64,000 nt of DNA from Syntrophorhabdaceae bacterium (GCA_963666485.2 CAXXUO010000010.1:1-64000), one strand, 5' to 3'; counted from the first letter of the stretch, positions 38,129 to 48,519 are shown. Made by a program: numbers and translations. Notes: generated from the sequence alone by a model not told the origin.

Positions 38129-38625
38129 TGAAATGGGTCCCTGTCGGCCGCGTCGTGTCGACAAGCGGCCTTAAGGGTGAAGTAAAGTTTTACTACTACA
38201 ACGAGGTGAAGGAAGAATTTTTCGACTACACCTCGTTGTTTGCCCTTAAAGGTGATGACTATTTAGAACTGAAGCCTCAAGAGGCAAAGTACCGGAAGCA
38301 TTTTTTTTATCTCTCATTTCGTGGGCTTTCAACAATTGAGGAGGTCTCTTTCCTGGTGACGAAAGAACTGTTCGTCCGGGAGGAAGACCTCCGGCCGTTA
38401 GATGACGGCGAGTATTACGAGTACCAGCTTATAGGGCTCGACGTGATAAACGTCGACGGCAGGCGGCTCGGTACCGTCCGTTCGATCATGCATACCGGCG
38501 CGAGCGATATCCTCGACGTGGCGGGAGACCGTGAGTACCTTATCCCGATGGTGGAAGGGTTCATCACTGCCGTAAGCAGAGAAAAAGGCATGGTAGAAGT
38601 GGACATACAAGGATTGGCCGAATGA
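38128..38625 (+). CDS. rimM: Ribosome maturation factor RimM
   Basis: GLKGEV, EYY..QLIG, TGASD, LIP; gene order. Confidence 0.93.
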   Translation: MKWVPVGRVVSTSGLKGEVKFYYYNEVKEEFFDYTSLFALKGDDYLELKPQEAKYRKHFFYLSFRGLSTIEEVSFLVTKELFVREEDLRPLDDGEYYEYQLIGLDVINVDGRRLGTVRSIMHTGASDILDVAGDREYLIPMVEGFITAVSREKGMVEVDIQGLAE

Positions 38626-39356
38626 AATTTTCGATACTGACGCTTTTCCCCGGCATGTTCGAACAGCCGCTCAAGGAGAGCATCCTGGGAAAGGCAGCTG
38701 ACAAAGGGCTTGTCAATTTCGACATTGTCAATATCCGTGATTTTGCGGACGAGCCCCACCGGTCGTGCGACGACACGCCCTACGGCGGGGGCCCGGGGAT
38801 GGTCATGAAGGTCGAGCCTATCTACCGGGCCATAGAGCACGTGAAGGCAACAAGCGGCAGGGCGAAGGTCGTTCTCATGACGCCGCAGGGGCGCCGGTTC
38901 GACCATTTCACTGCAGAGCGTTTTGCCCGGTCACCGCACATATGCGTCGTGTGCGGACGGTACGAAGGTGTCGACGAACGGGTCCTCGAGTATATAGACG
39001 AAGAGATCTCGATCGGTGATTACGTTACGTCCGGGGGTGAATTCCCGGCGCTTGTTCTCATCGACGCCGTTGCCCGCTTCATTCCGGGCGTTCTCGGGAA
39101 CGATGCCTCGATGCATTCCGAGAGCTTCAAGGAACCACTCCTGGAATATCCCCAGTATACGCGGCCGGAAACATTTATGGACCTTGCGGTCCCGCCGGTC
39201 CTGCTTTCGGGGAACCACGAGGAGATACGCAAGTGGCGGCGCAAAGAGGCGATCCGCAAGACGTTCCTGAGGCGGCCGGACCTTCTCGAGGGATTTCAGG
39301 CCACTGACGAAGACAGGCGGTTCATGCGCGAGGTAATGGAGGAGATCCCTGAATAA
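38622..39356 (+). CDS. trmD: tRNA (guanine-N1)-methyltransferase
   Basis: DDTPYGGGPGM, CGRYEGVDER, SIGDYV, YPQYTRP, LLSGNH. Confidence 0.97.
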   Translation: MKFSILTLFPGMFEQPLKESILGKAADKGLVNFDIVNIRDFADEPHRSCDDTPYGGGPGMVMKVEPIYRAIEHVKATSGRAKVVLMTPQGRRFDHFTAERFARSPHICVVCGRYEGVDERVLEYIDEEISIGDYVTSGGEFPALVLIDAVARFIPGVLGNDASMHSESFKEPLLEYPQYTRPETFMDLAVPPVLLSGNHEEIRKWRRKEAIRKTFLRRPDLLEGFQATDEDRRFMREVMEEIPE

Positions 39357-39357
39357 C

Positions 39358-39930
39358 GTGAGCATCGGGGTTGTCCATTATCCCGTTTACGACAAGCGCG
39401 GCGATATCGTGGCGACGAGCCTGACGAACCTGGAAATACACGATATGGCAAGAACATGCATGACTTTTGGTATAGACCTGTGCTATATTGTGTCACCTCT
39501 CGCGAAACAGCGCGAGATTGCGGAAAAACTGATCCATCACTGGGTTTCAGGATACGGGGCGACATACAACCCGAAAAGGGGACAGGCGCTCAGGAAGGTG
39601 AGGATCAGACAGGATATCGATGCGATGATCGCCGATTATGGCGACGGCCCGAGGCCTTTCATCGTCGGTACGTCTTCCCGGGTGCGGGAAGGGAAAATGA
39701 TGTCCTGCGGTGATTTCTACGACATCATCCAAGAGGGGCTCAGGCCGGCTCTTGTACTCTTTGGGACCGGTTGGGGCCTGGCCGAAGAGGTCGTGGAAAG
39801 ATGCGACAGAATGCTGGAACCCATCAGCGGCGCCGGTGATTACAATCACCTTTCCCTGCGCGTCGCACTGGGTATTATACTGGACAGGATCTTTAGTTTA
39901 AGAGGAGGGAACCATGAACGAGATGGTTGA
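39358..39930 (+). CDS. SPOUT-class RNA methyltransferase (TrmD-associated in Desulfobacterota)
   Basis: [29 protein letters not shown]. Confidence 0.85.
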   Translation: MSIGVVHYPVYDKRGDIVATSLTNLEIHDMARTCMTFGIDLCYIVSPLAKQREIAEKLIHHWVSGYGATYNPKRGQALRKVRIRQDIDAMIADYGDGPRPFIVGTSSRVREGKMMSCGDFYDIIQEGLRPALVLFGTGWGLAEEVVERCDRMLEPISGAGDYNHLSLRVALGIILDRIFSLRGGNHERDG

Positions 39931-40261
39931 CATGCTTGAGAAAGAACATATGAGGCTCGACCTCCCCGAGGTCGGCATAGGCGATAATGTTAAAGTCTAT
40001 ACACGGATCTTTGAAGGGGACAAGGAAAGGATCCAGGTGTTTGAAGGTGTCGTGATACGCAAAAGAGGCGGCAACACCCGGGCGACGTTCACCGTTCGCA
40101 AGGTATCGTACGGCGTAGGCGTAGAAAAGACCTTTCCCATTCATTCACCGCTCATCGACCGGATCGAGAGGGTCTCGAAGAGCAAGATCAGGCGTTCAAA
40201 ACTCTACTTCCTGAGAGAACTCAGGGGAAAAGCGGCAAAGCTGAAAGAAAAAAGGGATTAG
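39914..40261 (+). CDS. rplS: 50S ribosomal protein L19
   Basis: [33 protein letters not shown]. Confidence 0.97.
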   Translation: MNEMVDMLEKEHMRLDLPEVGIGDNVKVYTRIFEGDKERIQVFEGVVIRKRGGNTRATFTVRKVSYGVGVEKTFPIHSPLIDRIERVSKSKIRRSKLYFLRELRGKAAKLKEKRD

Positions 40262-40269
40262 AAACATAT

Positions 40270-40851
40270 ATGATCTGCCGGCTGACAGGCCTTGTGGGAG
40301 GGATAGACGAGGCCGGGCGGGGCCCGCTCGCAGGCCCGGTTGTTTCGTCCTGTGTTATCTGGGAAAAAGTGCCGGAAACGAAAAATGGTGTGACCGACTC
40401 GAAGCTCCTGACAGAAAAGGAGCGAGTCGGTCTTTTTTCGTGGATCATGGACAATGCGCTGAGTATCGGGATCGGCATGGCAACCCACGAGGAGATAGAC
40501 AGCCTCAACATCCTCAATGCCACCATCCTTTCCATGGAACGCGCCTTCCGTGCCGCTGGTGTTGAGCCGGACATCCTGCTTGTCGACGGCAACCGGGGAT
40601 TGACCAACTACCCGAAAGCCCGGCCGATCGTACGCGGTGACCGGAAATGCTTCTTCATGGCAAGCGCGTCCATCGTGGCCAAGGTCACTCGTGACCGGGC
40701 CATGGATGAATACGACAGGGTTTATCCTCCGTACAATTTCAAGACCAATAAAGGGTACCCGACCGCTGAACACCGCGCTGCCATAAAGGAGTACGGGGTA
40801 ACGCCCATCCATCGCAGGACCTTCAAGGGTGTCAGGGAATACTGTGGATAA
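40270..40851 (+). CDS. rnhB: Ribonuclease HII
   Basis: GIDEAGRGPLAGPV, DSK, ASIVAKVTRD, KGYPT, HRRTF. Confidence 0.96.
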   Translation: MICRLTGLVGGIDEAGRGPLAGPVVSSCVIWEKVPETKNGVTDSKLLTEKERVGLFSWIMDNALSIGIGMATHEEIDSLNILNATILSMERAFRAAGVEPDILLVDGNRGLTNYPKARPIVRGDRKCFFMASASIVAKVTRDRAMDEYDRVYPPYNFKTNKGYPTAEHRAAIKEYGVTPIHRRTFKGVREYCG

Positions 40852-41197
40852 CAGAAAACTGACGGGAAGGGAAGGCGAGGACAGGGCGGCGGCCGTCCTT
40901 AAAAAACAGGGATATAAAATTCTCCAGAGGAACTTCAAGAGCCGGTTCGGTGAGATCGATATTATTGCAGAGGACGACGATTTCCTGGTCTTCGTTGAAG
41001 TGAAGAGGAGGTCCGGACAGAGTTTCGGGACGTCCCTCGAGGCGATCAACCCCCGGAAAAAGCTCCATATAATTCGCTCGGCCGAGACCTATCTCAAAGC
41101 GAACCATTGCCTCGGCCGGAGGATAAGATTTGACGTTGTCGGGATAGACGGCGATAATGTAAAGGTGATAAAGCATGCATTCGGGGATGACAGATGA
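40844..41197 (+). CDS. yraN: YraN/UPF0102 endonuclease-like protein
   Basis: G..GE..A, RNF....GEIDII, LVFVEVK, RFDVV. Confidence 0.92.
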   Translation: MDNRKLTGREGEDRAAAVLKKQGYKILQRNFKSRFGEIDIIAEDDDFLVFVEVKRRSGQSFGTSLEAINPRKKLHIIRSAETYLKANHCLGRRIRFDVVGIDGDNVKVIKHAFGDDR

Positions 41198-41937
41198 TCG
41201 ATGAAAAGGTGATCGAGCTTTTGAGCGCCGTTGCCGAGGGGAAGCTCTCCGTCGCGGATGCGTATGAGGGTCTGCGGCACGTTCCGTACGACGACATCGG
41301 GCACTCGAAGATCGACCATCACCGGCTCCTGCGCAAAGGGGTGCAGGAGGTCGTTTTCGGGCAGGGTAAGACCCTACCGCAACTCCTCGATATTGTCGGT
41401 TCGTTCCGGCAGAAAGACCTCGATGTCCTTGTTACCCGGATCGACGCCGATCACGGAGCTGAACTCGTCCGTGTATACCCCGAAGGAAAATACCACGCTG
41501 ATGCGCGTTGTTTCATCATACGGAAAGATCGTGCTTCTGAAGGAAAGGGCGTAGTCCTTGTTGTCTCCGCCGGGACAAGTGATGCAAAGATCGCCGAGGA
41601 GGCCTATGAGACATCGCTCTTCTTCGGCAATGAGACGGAAAAACTCTACGACGTCGGCGTGGCGGGGATCCACCGCCTTTTTCACAACATGGAAAAATTA
41701 AGGCGCGCGCGCGTTATCATCGTGGCGGCCGGCATGGAAGGGGCGCTGCCGTCCATCATTGCAGGCATCGTCGGGGTACCCGTGATCGCCGTTCCGACGA
41801 GCGTCGGGTACGGCGCGAGCTTCTCGGGCCTCACCGCCCTTCTCGCAATGCTGAACTCGTGCTCCACGGTCGCGGTCTTCAATATTGACAACGGGTTTGG
41901 CGCCGCCTATTACGCGACATTGATAAACCGGTTATGA
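41194..41937 (+). CDS. larB: Nickel pincer cofactor biosynthesis protein LarB
   Basis: DHHR..R.G..EVVF..GKT, AGTSD, DVGVAGIHRL, AGMEGALPS, PTSVGYG. Confidence 0.93.
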   Translation: MIDEKVIELLSAVAEGKLSVADAYEGLRHVPYDDIGHSKIDHHRLLRKGVQEVVFGQGKTLPQLLDIVGSFRQKDLDVLVTRIDADHGAELVRVYPEGKYHADARCFIIRKDRASEGKGVVLVVSAGTSDAKIAEEAYETSLFFGNETEKLYDVGVAGIHRLFHNMEKLRRARVIIVAAGMEGALPSIIAGIVGVPVIAVPTSVGYGASFSGLTALLAMLNSCSTVAVFNIDNGFGAAYYATLINRL

Positions 41938-43085
41938 AGATAATCTTCCTGGACCCCATTTTTGGAATAAGCGGCGACATGACGGTCAGTGCGCTTATCG
42001 ATGCCGGTGTCCGGTTCGACGACCTTCAGAAGATCCTGAGCAAGGTCCCCGATATCCCTCCCACGAAACCGGTCCCCATGACACAGGGCATCTTGAGGGG
42101 AATCCATCTCGAGATCGGACGGTCGGCGCGCCATTTCTCCGTGGCGGAAATGGAAGGGATCATCGGCGCCCTCGATGTCGAAGAGGGCGTGAAGAAGGAC
42201 GCGCTCGGGATGCTCGCCATCATAGTGAGCGCCGAGGCAAAGGTCCACGGGGTATCGCGCGATGAGGTGCATTTCCACGAGCTCTCCCATATCGATACGA
42301 TAATTGACCTTGTATCTGTTGCGTACGGGATGCGTTCCATCGGCGCGGATGCTGTTTATTGCGGCCCCGTCCCCTGCGGGAGTGGTACCATCAACACGTC
42401 GCACGGCGTTCTCCCGAACCCGCCTCCCGTCACGCTCGAGATCTTAAAGGGCCATGAGCTCATCTTCTATCCCGAAAACCTCGAATTGACGACGCCCACG
42501 GGCGCGGCAATCGTCGCGTACTACGCCCGCAAGCAGAGTGCCGTTCCGCCCTTCAGGGAGCTGGCCATGGGGTACGGCATCGGCACATATCAGTCGTCCC
42601 GCCCCGATGTCCTGAGGATATTCGTCGGCGAGTCTTCAGGCCCGGATCATGATGAAGAGGTTTTCGTGATCGAGGCCGATATCGACGACATGGAAATGGA
42701 ATACCTCGGCGCAGTGGTGGACCGTATAAGAAAAGCAGGAGCCATCGATGTCATTCATTTTCCCGTGTCGATGAAAAAAGGCAGGACAGGCATACGGATC
42801 AGCGTGACCGCCGATGCCGCGCGGTTCGATGACATCGTTGAAACGATATTTTCTGAAACGACAACATTCGGTCTGCGCTGGCACAAAAGCGCACGGCGCG
42901 TTTTACGCCGCGAAGAGATAACGATAAACACTTCACTCGGCCCCGTCCGCGTAAAGAAGGGGTTTGACCGGTCCAATAAAGTTATCAAGACGCATATCGA
43001 ATTTGATGATGTGAAGGCAATTGCGGACGAAAGGAATATTCCTTACCGGGAAACATTGGAAAAAATAAAGAAAGAAATAGCGTAA
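41934..43085 (+). CDS. larC: Nickel insertion protein LarC
   Basis: GISGDM, AEAKVHG, VHFHE, ELTTPTGAA, MKKGR, ETTTFG.R. Confidence 0.93.
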   Translation: MKIIFLDPIFGISGDMTVSALIDAGVRFDDLQKILSKVPDIPPTKPVPMTQGILRGIHLEIGRSARHFSVAEMEGIIGALDVEEGVKKDALGMLAIIVSAEAKVHGVSRDEVHFHELSHIDTIIDLVSVAYGMRSIGADAVYCGPVPCGSGTINTSHGVLPNPPPVTLEILKGHELIFYPENLELTTPTGAAIVAYYARKQSAVPPFRELAMGYGIGTYQSSRPDVLRIFVGESSGPDHDEEVFVIEADIDDMEMEYLGAVVDRIRKAGAIDVIHFPVSMKKGRTGIRISVTADAARFDDIVETIFSETTTFGLRWHKSARRVLRREEITINTSLGPVRVKKGFDRSNKVIKTHIEFDDVKAIADERNIPYRETLEKIKKEIA

Positions 43086-43103
43086 GGCGATCACCCACCC
43101 TGT

Positions 43104-43372
43104 CGTCATTCCCGCGAAGAGACCGTGTCGCAATCATCCAAGTCCGTCATCCCTTCGCACTCGCCGTCATCCCTTCGCACTCGCCGTCATCCCTTCGCAC
43201 TCGCCGTCATCCCGGGCTTGACCCGGGACCCAAGGTTTTTCTTCTTGAACCCATTTCAAAACTTTGACACCAAAAATAATAATAAAAACCAAACCTTGGG
43301 TCCCGGCTCGGAGGCCGGGATGACGGCGAGGTAGATGTCGGGATGACGGCGAGGTAGATGTCGCGATGACGA
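43104..43372. repeat. Compound REP-like element with tandemly amplified ends (20-bp x3 left, 23-bp x2+ right)
   Basis: (cgtcatcccttcgcactcgc)x3 + cgtcatcccgggcttgacccgggaccc ... gggtcccggctcggaggccgggatgacg + (gatgacggcgaggtagatgtcg[g/c])x2. Confidence 0.85.
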
Positions 43373-43395
43373 CGCTTTATGGGACGTCTTGCGTT

Positions 43396-43704
43396 TTACG
43401 GTTTTAAAAAGAACCGTACATCCTTAACCGCTTCCTTCTCCAGCACCTCGGTGATCTTGGCCTGCATGTCGGCCTTCATGTACCGTACCTGCGCGAGCCA
43501 GATGGGGTCATCCACCTCAACGTAGAGTATTCCACGGTCCACACGGACGGGCTGGCAGTGGGAGGCGAGCTTTTCCCCTGCTATCCGGTCCCAGAGCGCA
43601 AAGATCTTTACCGACTCGAGGTCCTTGATATTAAATCCCCTGAGGACCTTTTCGAGGGTCTGCTGGATCGGGGTGAACCCTCTTTGTCTACGCGGTTTCT
43701 TCAA
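43396..43704 (-). CDS. dciA: DUF721/DciA-family protein
   Basis: W..IAGE.LA.HC.P....GILYV.V.DP.W motif. Confidence 0.8.
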   Translation of the reverse strand: MKKPRRQRGFTPIQQTLEKVLRGFNIKDLESVKIFALWDRIAGEKLASHCQPVRVDRGILYVEVDDPIWLAQVRYMKADMQAKITEVLEKEAVKDVRFFLKP

Positions 43705-45220
43705 TGCGGGGGAATACCGGCGGTATTTTATCGATGTCGGCTGTATCCGACGGGGTATAGAACCTCATTTCCTCGTCCCAGGCCGATGCCTCGATCGACG
43801 TGCCGATGCCGAGGGCCTTCCAGATGGCCTGCGACTTCGTGGGCATGAAGGGATTGAGGAGCATCGCCGCGATGCGGATGCCGTTCCAGAGATTGTACAT
43901 CACCGTCTTGACGCGTACGTCATTCTCCTTGGCGAGCTTCCACGGGGCCTCGGTATCGATGTATTTATTCAGGATGGCCATTATCTCGAAGACGTTATTG
44001 AGCGCCTTGTGGAATGCGAGGACGTCCATCTCTTTTTGATATTCTTCGATGAGCCGCATCGTCGTCTCTTTGACGGTATCGTCCATGCCGCCCGACTTTT
44101 CGGGCTCTGTGATCTTCCCTTTAAGGAACTTGCCGATCATCGTTACGGTCCGGCTCGTCAGGTTGCCAAAATCGTTCGCCAGGTCACCGTTTATACGGTG
44201 GACAATAGCCTGTTTTGAAAAGTCGCCGTCAAGGCCGAAGGGGACCTCCCGGAAAAGGAAGAACCGGAACTCGTCGACACCGTACGTGTCGACCACTTCG
44301 TGGGGATTGATGACATTGCCCATGCTTTTTGACATCTTCTGCCCTTCGCGCGTCCACCATCCGTGTGCGAACACGTGTTTTGGCGGCTCAAGGCCGTATG
44401 ACATGAGAAAGCTTGGCCAATAGACGGCATGGAACCGCAGGATGTCCTTTCCGATGAGGTGCACATCACATGGCCAGAAGGTGTTGAATTCCTCATCATT
44501 CTCGAGAAAACCTATGCCCGTGAGATAATTCGTCAGGGCGTCGAACCAGACATAGACGACATGCCTCTCGTCGGACGGCACCTTGATTCCCCAGTTGAAA
44601 CTGGTCCGGCTGACGGAAAGGTCGCGCAGCCCGCCTTTGACGAAGCTCGCGACCTCGTTGTAGCGGATCTCGGGCATGACAAAATCGCGGTGCTGCTCAA
44701 GGAGGTCAAGCAGGGGCTGCGTGTATTTTGACATACGGAAAAAATAGCTTTCTTCTTTGAGCTTTTCGGGTTTTCTGCCGCAGTCGGGACACAGGCCATC
44801 CTTGAGCTGAAGCTCGGTATAATATCCTTCGCACGGGACACAGTACCAATCCTCGTATTCACCGAGATAAATATCGCCCTTCTCGCGCACCTTCTGGAAT
44901 ATGTGCTGGACGACTTTCCTGTGGCGCTCCTCGGTTGTCCGTATGAATCCCGTGTGTGTAATATCAAGTTTTTGCCAGAGCTCGATGAACCGGTTCACCA
45001 TGAGGTCGGCGTGTTCTTTCGGGTGTATGCCGGCCGCCGCCGCCGCTTTTTCCACTTTTTGCCCGTGTTCGTCCGTGCCGGTCAGAAAGAAGACGCGATA
45101 ACCCATAAGCCTTTTATAACGGGCCATGATATCGCCGGCAATTGTCGTGTAAGCGTGGCCTATGTGAGGAACGTCGTTGATATAATAGATCGGCGTAGTG
45201 ATGTAGTATTTTTTATCCAT
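43688..45220 (-). CDS. metG: Methionyl-tRNA synthetase (short form, no C-terminal dimerisation domain)
   Basis: TTPIYY, HIGH, GTDEHG, KMSKS. Confidence 0.97.
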   Translation of the reverse strand: MDKKYYITTPIYYINDVPHIGHAYTTIAGDIMARYKRLMGYRVFFLTGTDEHGQKVEKAAAAAGIHPKEHADLMVNRFIELWQKLDITHTGFIRTTEERHRKVVQHIFQKVREKGDIYLGEYEDWYCVPCEGYYTELQLKDGLCPDCGRKPEKLKEESYFFRMSKYTQPLLDLLEQHRDFVMPEIRYNEVASFVKGGLRDLSVSRTSFNWGIKVPSDERHVVYVWFDALTNYLTGIGFLENDEEFNTFWPCDVHLIGKDILRFHAVYWPSFLMSYGLEPPKHVFAHGWWTREGQKMSKSMGNVINPHEVVDTYGVDEFRFFLFREVPFGLDGDFSKQAIVHRINGDLANDFGNLTSRTVTMIGKFLKGKITEPEKSGGMDDTVKETTMRLIEEYQKEMDVLAFHKALNNVFEIMAILNKYIDTEAPWKLAKENDVRVKTVMYNLWNGIRIAAMLLNPFMPTKSQAIWKALGIGTSIEASAWDEEMRFYTPSDTADIDKIPPVFPRIEETA

Positions 45221-45241
45221 GAGATCCGCGCACCTTTCGTA

Positions 45242-46240
45242 TTACCTGTTATTTCCTTTATTGCCGGTACTGTTATTGTTTTTCGATCTATCGCTTTCGC
45301 CCCGGTCGGCTGACTGTTTTTCCTGGCGTTGGGGCGGCCGGTGGTTTTCATTGCCCTGCCTTGGCCTGTCCCCCTGGTGCCTTTCCCTTCCCTGGGGTTT
45401 TTCGCCGTCAGCCTTTTTTGTTTTATCAACCTGGCTTTGCTGCGGGGGATTCTTTGACGGGTCAACCAGGGAGACCTCGTTGAAGGCGAGGGTTATCTCC
45501 TTTCCTTCATCGAGCTGAACGGAAACGGTCCCGGTCAGGGCGTTGTGCTTTACCACCTTCCCTTCGCCCTGCGGTGTCTTCACCCTTTTACCGACGCGGG
45601 GGAAGTTCTTCTTCAGGGCGAGGTATGTCTCGTATTCATACGCGAGGCAGCACATGAGCCGCCCGCAGATACCGGATATCTTGGCAGGGTTCAGTGCGAG
45701 CCCCTGTTCCTTGACCATCTTGATGGAAACGATCGAAAAATTATTGAGGAACCTCCTGCAGCAGACGGCATTCCCGCAATTGCCGAGGCCTCCCACGATC
45801 TTCGCCTCATCGCGGACACCGACCTGCCGAAGCTCGATCCTGATCTTGAATTCCTTGGCGAGTTCCTTGACCAGTTCGCGAAAATCGACCCGGTTCTCTG
45901 AAATGAAATAGAAAAGAAGCTTGGTGCCGCCGAAGAGGTATTCGGTTGACAAAAGCTTCATGGGCAGCGCCATCTCCAGGATCTTTTTCTTGCAAAAATC
46001 GAAGGCGTACTTCTCTTTCTCCTTCAATCCCTGGTGATCGCGTATCTCCTGGTCCGTGGCCTTTCGCGATATCTTCGCAAGGCCCTCACGTTCTGTTTCC
46101 GCCGGGTCCGTAACAACGGTGCCGAGGCATGTCCCCTTGTCGAGGTCGCTGATAATGACGTCCCCGGCCTTTATATCATCGATGGCCTCCAGCTCGACAA
46201 CCCCGGTCAGCCTGTCGATATTGACGTAACAACTTTTCAT
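45242..46240 (-). CDS. ricT: PSP1/RicT (YaaT) Fe-S regulatory protein
   Basis: RVDFRELVK, RIELRQ.GVRD, G.CG..CC, GICGRLMCCL.YE. Confidence 0.92.
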   Translation of the reverse strand: MKSCYVNIDRLTGVVELEAIDDIKAGDVIISDLDKGTCLGTVVTDPAETEREGLAKISRKATDQEIRDHQGLKEKEKYAFDFCKKKILEMALPMKLLSTEYLFGGTKLLFYFISENRVDFRELVKELAKEFKIRIELRQVGVRDEAKIVGGLGNCGNAVCCRRFLNNFSIVSIKMVKEQGLALNPAKISGICGRLMCCLAYEYETYLALKKNFPRVGKRVKTPQGEGKVVKHNALTGTVSVQLDEGKEITLAFNEVSLVDPSKNPPQQSQVDKTKKADGEKPQGRERHQGDRPRQGNENHRPPQRQEKQSADRGESDRSKNNNSTGNKGNNR

Positions 46241-47202
46241 TGCCTGTTCCCCGTAATCTGTATCAGAAGGTTCTCAAAAACGAGCCAACGGTTTACATTA
46301 TACCTCATTATACGAACGCTTTCCTGTATTCTTTTTATGGAGCGTTCCACCCAGTCCGGATCGTATCGTGTTGCATCGAGCTCGTCGATGAGATCGGTGT
46401 TGACTATACGCGACTCCTCGCCCGTTTCGTGCCTCACAAAAAGGTCCCGGAAAAAAGAGAGGAGGAAAGCGAGGTACATCGCCGCAGTCCTGTCGGTCCG
46501 TGACGCCATTTCGGCAACCCAGGAAGACGCGACGAACCCTTTTACCTGTCCCGACAGGATCCCGGCGAGTTTGAGCCTCAACGAGAAATTGTCATCATCG
46601 AGCCAGAAAAGCCCGCTGCCGATGCTCCCGAAAGATATTGCGGACAAAAGCGACGCCTTCTGCCCGTCGATGCTTTTCCTGCCGCTAAAGTATTCTTCAA
46701 GCTGGGCCGGCGACAGAAGCGAGAACGGCACGCGGGAGCACCGTGACCGTATGGTCATGGGTATGTCCCGCTCGGATGATGTTATGATAAAGAAATGATT
46801 GTAGGGTGGAGGTTCTTCGACCGTTTTCAGAAGGGCGTTCGCCGCTTCCGTGGTCATCGTCTCCGCGTTGTCGATTATGATGACCCTTTTTTCCGCCTCA
46901 AAGGGATGTTCGGATATCTCTTTTGATATAAGGCGCGAATCGTCTATACCGATCGATCCTTCGTTCTCGATGACGACAAGGTCGGGGTGGCTCCCTCTGT
47001 CGAGCTTGATACACGGCCGGCAGGTGCCGCACGCGTCGCGGGTCTCGCAGAAAAGATGCCGCACGAACTCGCGGGCCATTCTCTTCTTGCCGATACCTTC
47101 CTGCCCGCAGAATAAGAAAGCGTGGGGAATGTTCTTGTTTTCCAGGAAAAACTTCAGAAAACGCTTTTGCCTGTCATGTCCGATGATATCTTCAAATGCC
47201 AT
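46237..47202 (-). CDS. holB: DNA polymerase III delta' subunit
   Basis: HAFLF.GQEGIGK, CGTCRPC, HPD, AANALLKT.EEPP, TIRSRC. Confidence 0.93.
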   Translation of the reverse strand: MAFEDIIGHDRQKRFLKFFLENKNIPHAFLFCGQEGIGKKRMAREFVRHLFCETRDACGTCRPCIKLDRGSHPDLVVIENEGSIGIDDSRLISKEISEHPFEAEKRVIIIDNAETMTTEAANALLKTVEEPPPYNHFFIITSSERDIPMTIRSRCSRVPFSLLSPAQLEEYFSGRKSIDGQKASLLSAISFGSIGSGLFWLDDDNFSLRLKLAGILSGQVKGFVASSWVAEMASRTDRTAAMYLAFLLSFFRDLFVRHETGEESRIVNTDLIDELDATRYDPDWVERSIKRIQESVRIMRYNVNRWLVFENLLIQITGNRQ

Positions 47203-47812
47203 AACTTTTCAGCGTATTGTTCACTTTTGCTCTGATGAGGTCGTGTATCGCTTCGACCTTCAGGCTCGCATCGACGACGAAGAACCTTTTGGGGTCGGCC
47301 TTCGCCCGCTTTTCATATTCACTCCTGACCCTTTGATGAAATGATATGTCCTCTGCTTCTATCCGGTCCATGTCCGAAGAGGCGGCCCTTCGTTTCAGGC
47401 CTTTTTCTACCGCGATGTCGAAAAGGACCGTGAGGTTGGGCCGGACACCCCGGGTGACCATGGTATTGAGCGTATCGATAACGCCTGTATCGATCTTTCT
47501 TCCTGATCCCTGGTAGGCGTACGTCGCATCGGTAAACCGGTCGCACAGGACGATGCGCCCATCTTTCAGCGCCGGCAGGATGACCTCGTCCACGTGCTGG
47601 GCCCGCATTGCCATGAATATCATGAGCTCGCACAGGGGATCGACGTGCATACCTTTTTTCAGGAGAAGTTCCCGCAGGGCTTCACCGAACGGTGTGCCTC
47701 CGGGCTCGCGCGTCCTGACAACAGAATAACCCTGCCGGGTCAGATAATCCGCCAGGAGTTCGATCTGGGTTGTCTTGCCGCACCCCTCGATGCCTTCGAA
47801 CGTGATCAGCAT
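47192..47812 (-). CDS. tmk: Thymidylate kinase
   Basis: ITFEGIEGCGKTTQ, TREPGGT, CDRF. Confidence 0.96.
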   Translation of the reverse strand: MLITFEGIEGCGKTTQIELLADYLTRQGYSVVRTREPGGTPFGEALRELLLKKGMHVDPLCELMIFMAMRAQHVDEVILPALKDGRIVLCDRFTDATYAYQGSGRKIDTGVIDTLNTMVTRGVRPNLTVLFDIAVEKGLKRRAASSDMDRIEAEDISFHQRVRSEYEKRAKADPKRFFVVDASLKVEAIHDLIRAKVNNTLKSYGI

Positions 47813-47819
47813 GGGGTTT

Positions 47820-48383
47820 TTATTTCACGCGCTCGATGTATTGGCCGGTCCTCGTGTCCACCTTGATCGTATCGCCTTCTTCGACAAAAAGAGGGACCTG
47901 AACCGTGTATCCCGTTTCGAGGACGGCAGGTTTCGTTGCGTTCTGGGCAGTATCTCCCTTGATCCCCGGTTCCGCCTGGGTGATCTTGAGGCTGACGAAA
48001 TTCTGGATGTCGACGCCGATCGTTTTCCCTTTGAAAAAAAGAACTGTTATGACCATGCTTTCCTTGAGGTAATTCTTTGCATCCCCGAGACTCACTTCGT
48101 CTATGAAGATCTGGTCGTATGTGGCCTCATCCATGAAGTGGTACTGCGTTCCTTCCTTATACAGGAACTGCATCTGTTTCTCTTCGACATCGGGGACCTC
48201 CGCCTTGTCACCGGACCTGAACGTCTTGTCGAGGACGTTCCCCGTGATGAGGCTTTTCAGGCGGGTCCTGACAAACGCGCCGCCTTTGCCCGGTTTCACA
48301 TGCTGAAATTCCACGATCGTAAAAGGCTCGCCATCCTGGATGATCCTCAAGCCTTTCCTGAATTCCGTTGTATCGACGATCAT
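47820..48383 (-). CDS. efp: Elongation factor P
   Basis: HVKPGKGGAFVR, KGDTA, VPLFV, VDTR. Confidence 0.97.
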   Translation of the reverse strand: MIVDTTEFRKGLRIIQDGEPFTIVEFQHVKPGKGGAFVRTRLKSLITGNVLDKTFRSGDKAEVPDVEEKQMQFLYKEGTQYHFMDEATYDQIFIDEVSLGDAKNYLKESMVITVLFFKGKTIGVDIQNFVSLKITQAEPGIKGDTAQNATKPAVLETGYTVQVPLFVEEGDTIKVDTRTGQYIERVK

Positions 48384-48410
48384 AATTTTCCTCCTAAATA
48401 AAACTGATCA

Positions 48411-48516
48411 GTAAGGAGTAAGGAGTGAGGAGTAAGGAGTAAAAAAATAAATCTAAAAATGTCTCCTATTCTACTCTTCTGTTTTTTCTTTAACTCCTTA
48501 CTCCTTACTCCTCACT
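48411..48516. repeat. Inverted GTAAGGA/GTGAGGA heptamer arrays
   Basis: gtaaggagtaaggagtgaggagtaaggagt ... actccttactccttactcctcact. Confidence 0.85.
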
Positions 48517-48519
48517 ATT

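Noticed and set aside
43145..43372. Possible CRISPR array
   Set aside because: Units are identical head-to-tail 20/23-bp repeats with no unique spacers; no cas genes
43688..47812. tmk-holB-ricT-metG order resembling Firmicutes (possible transfer)
   Set aside because: Widely conserved ancestral cluster; no compositional anomaly visible
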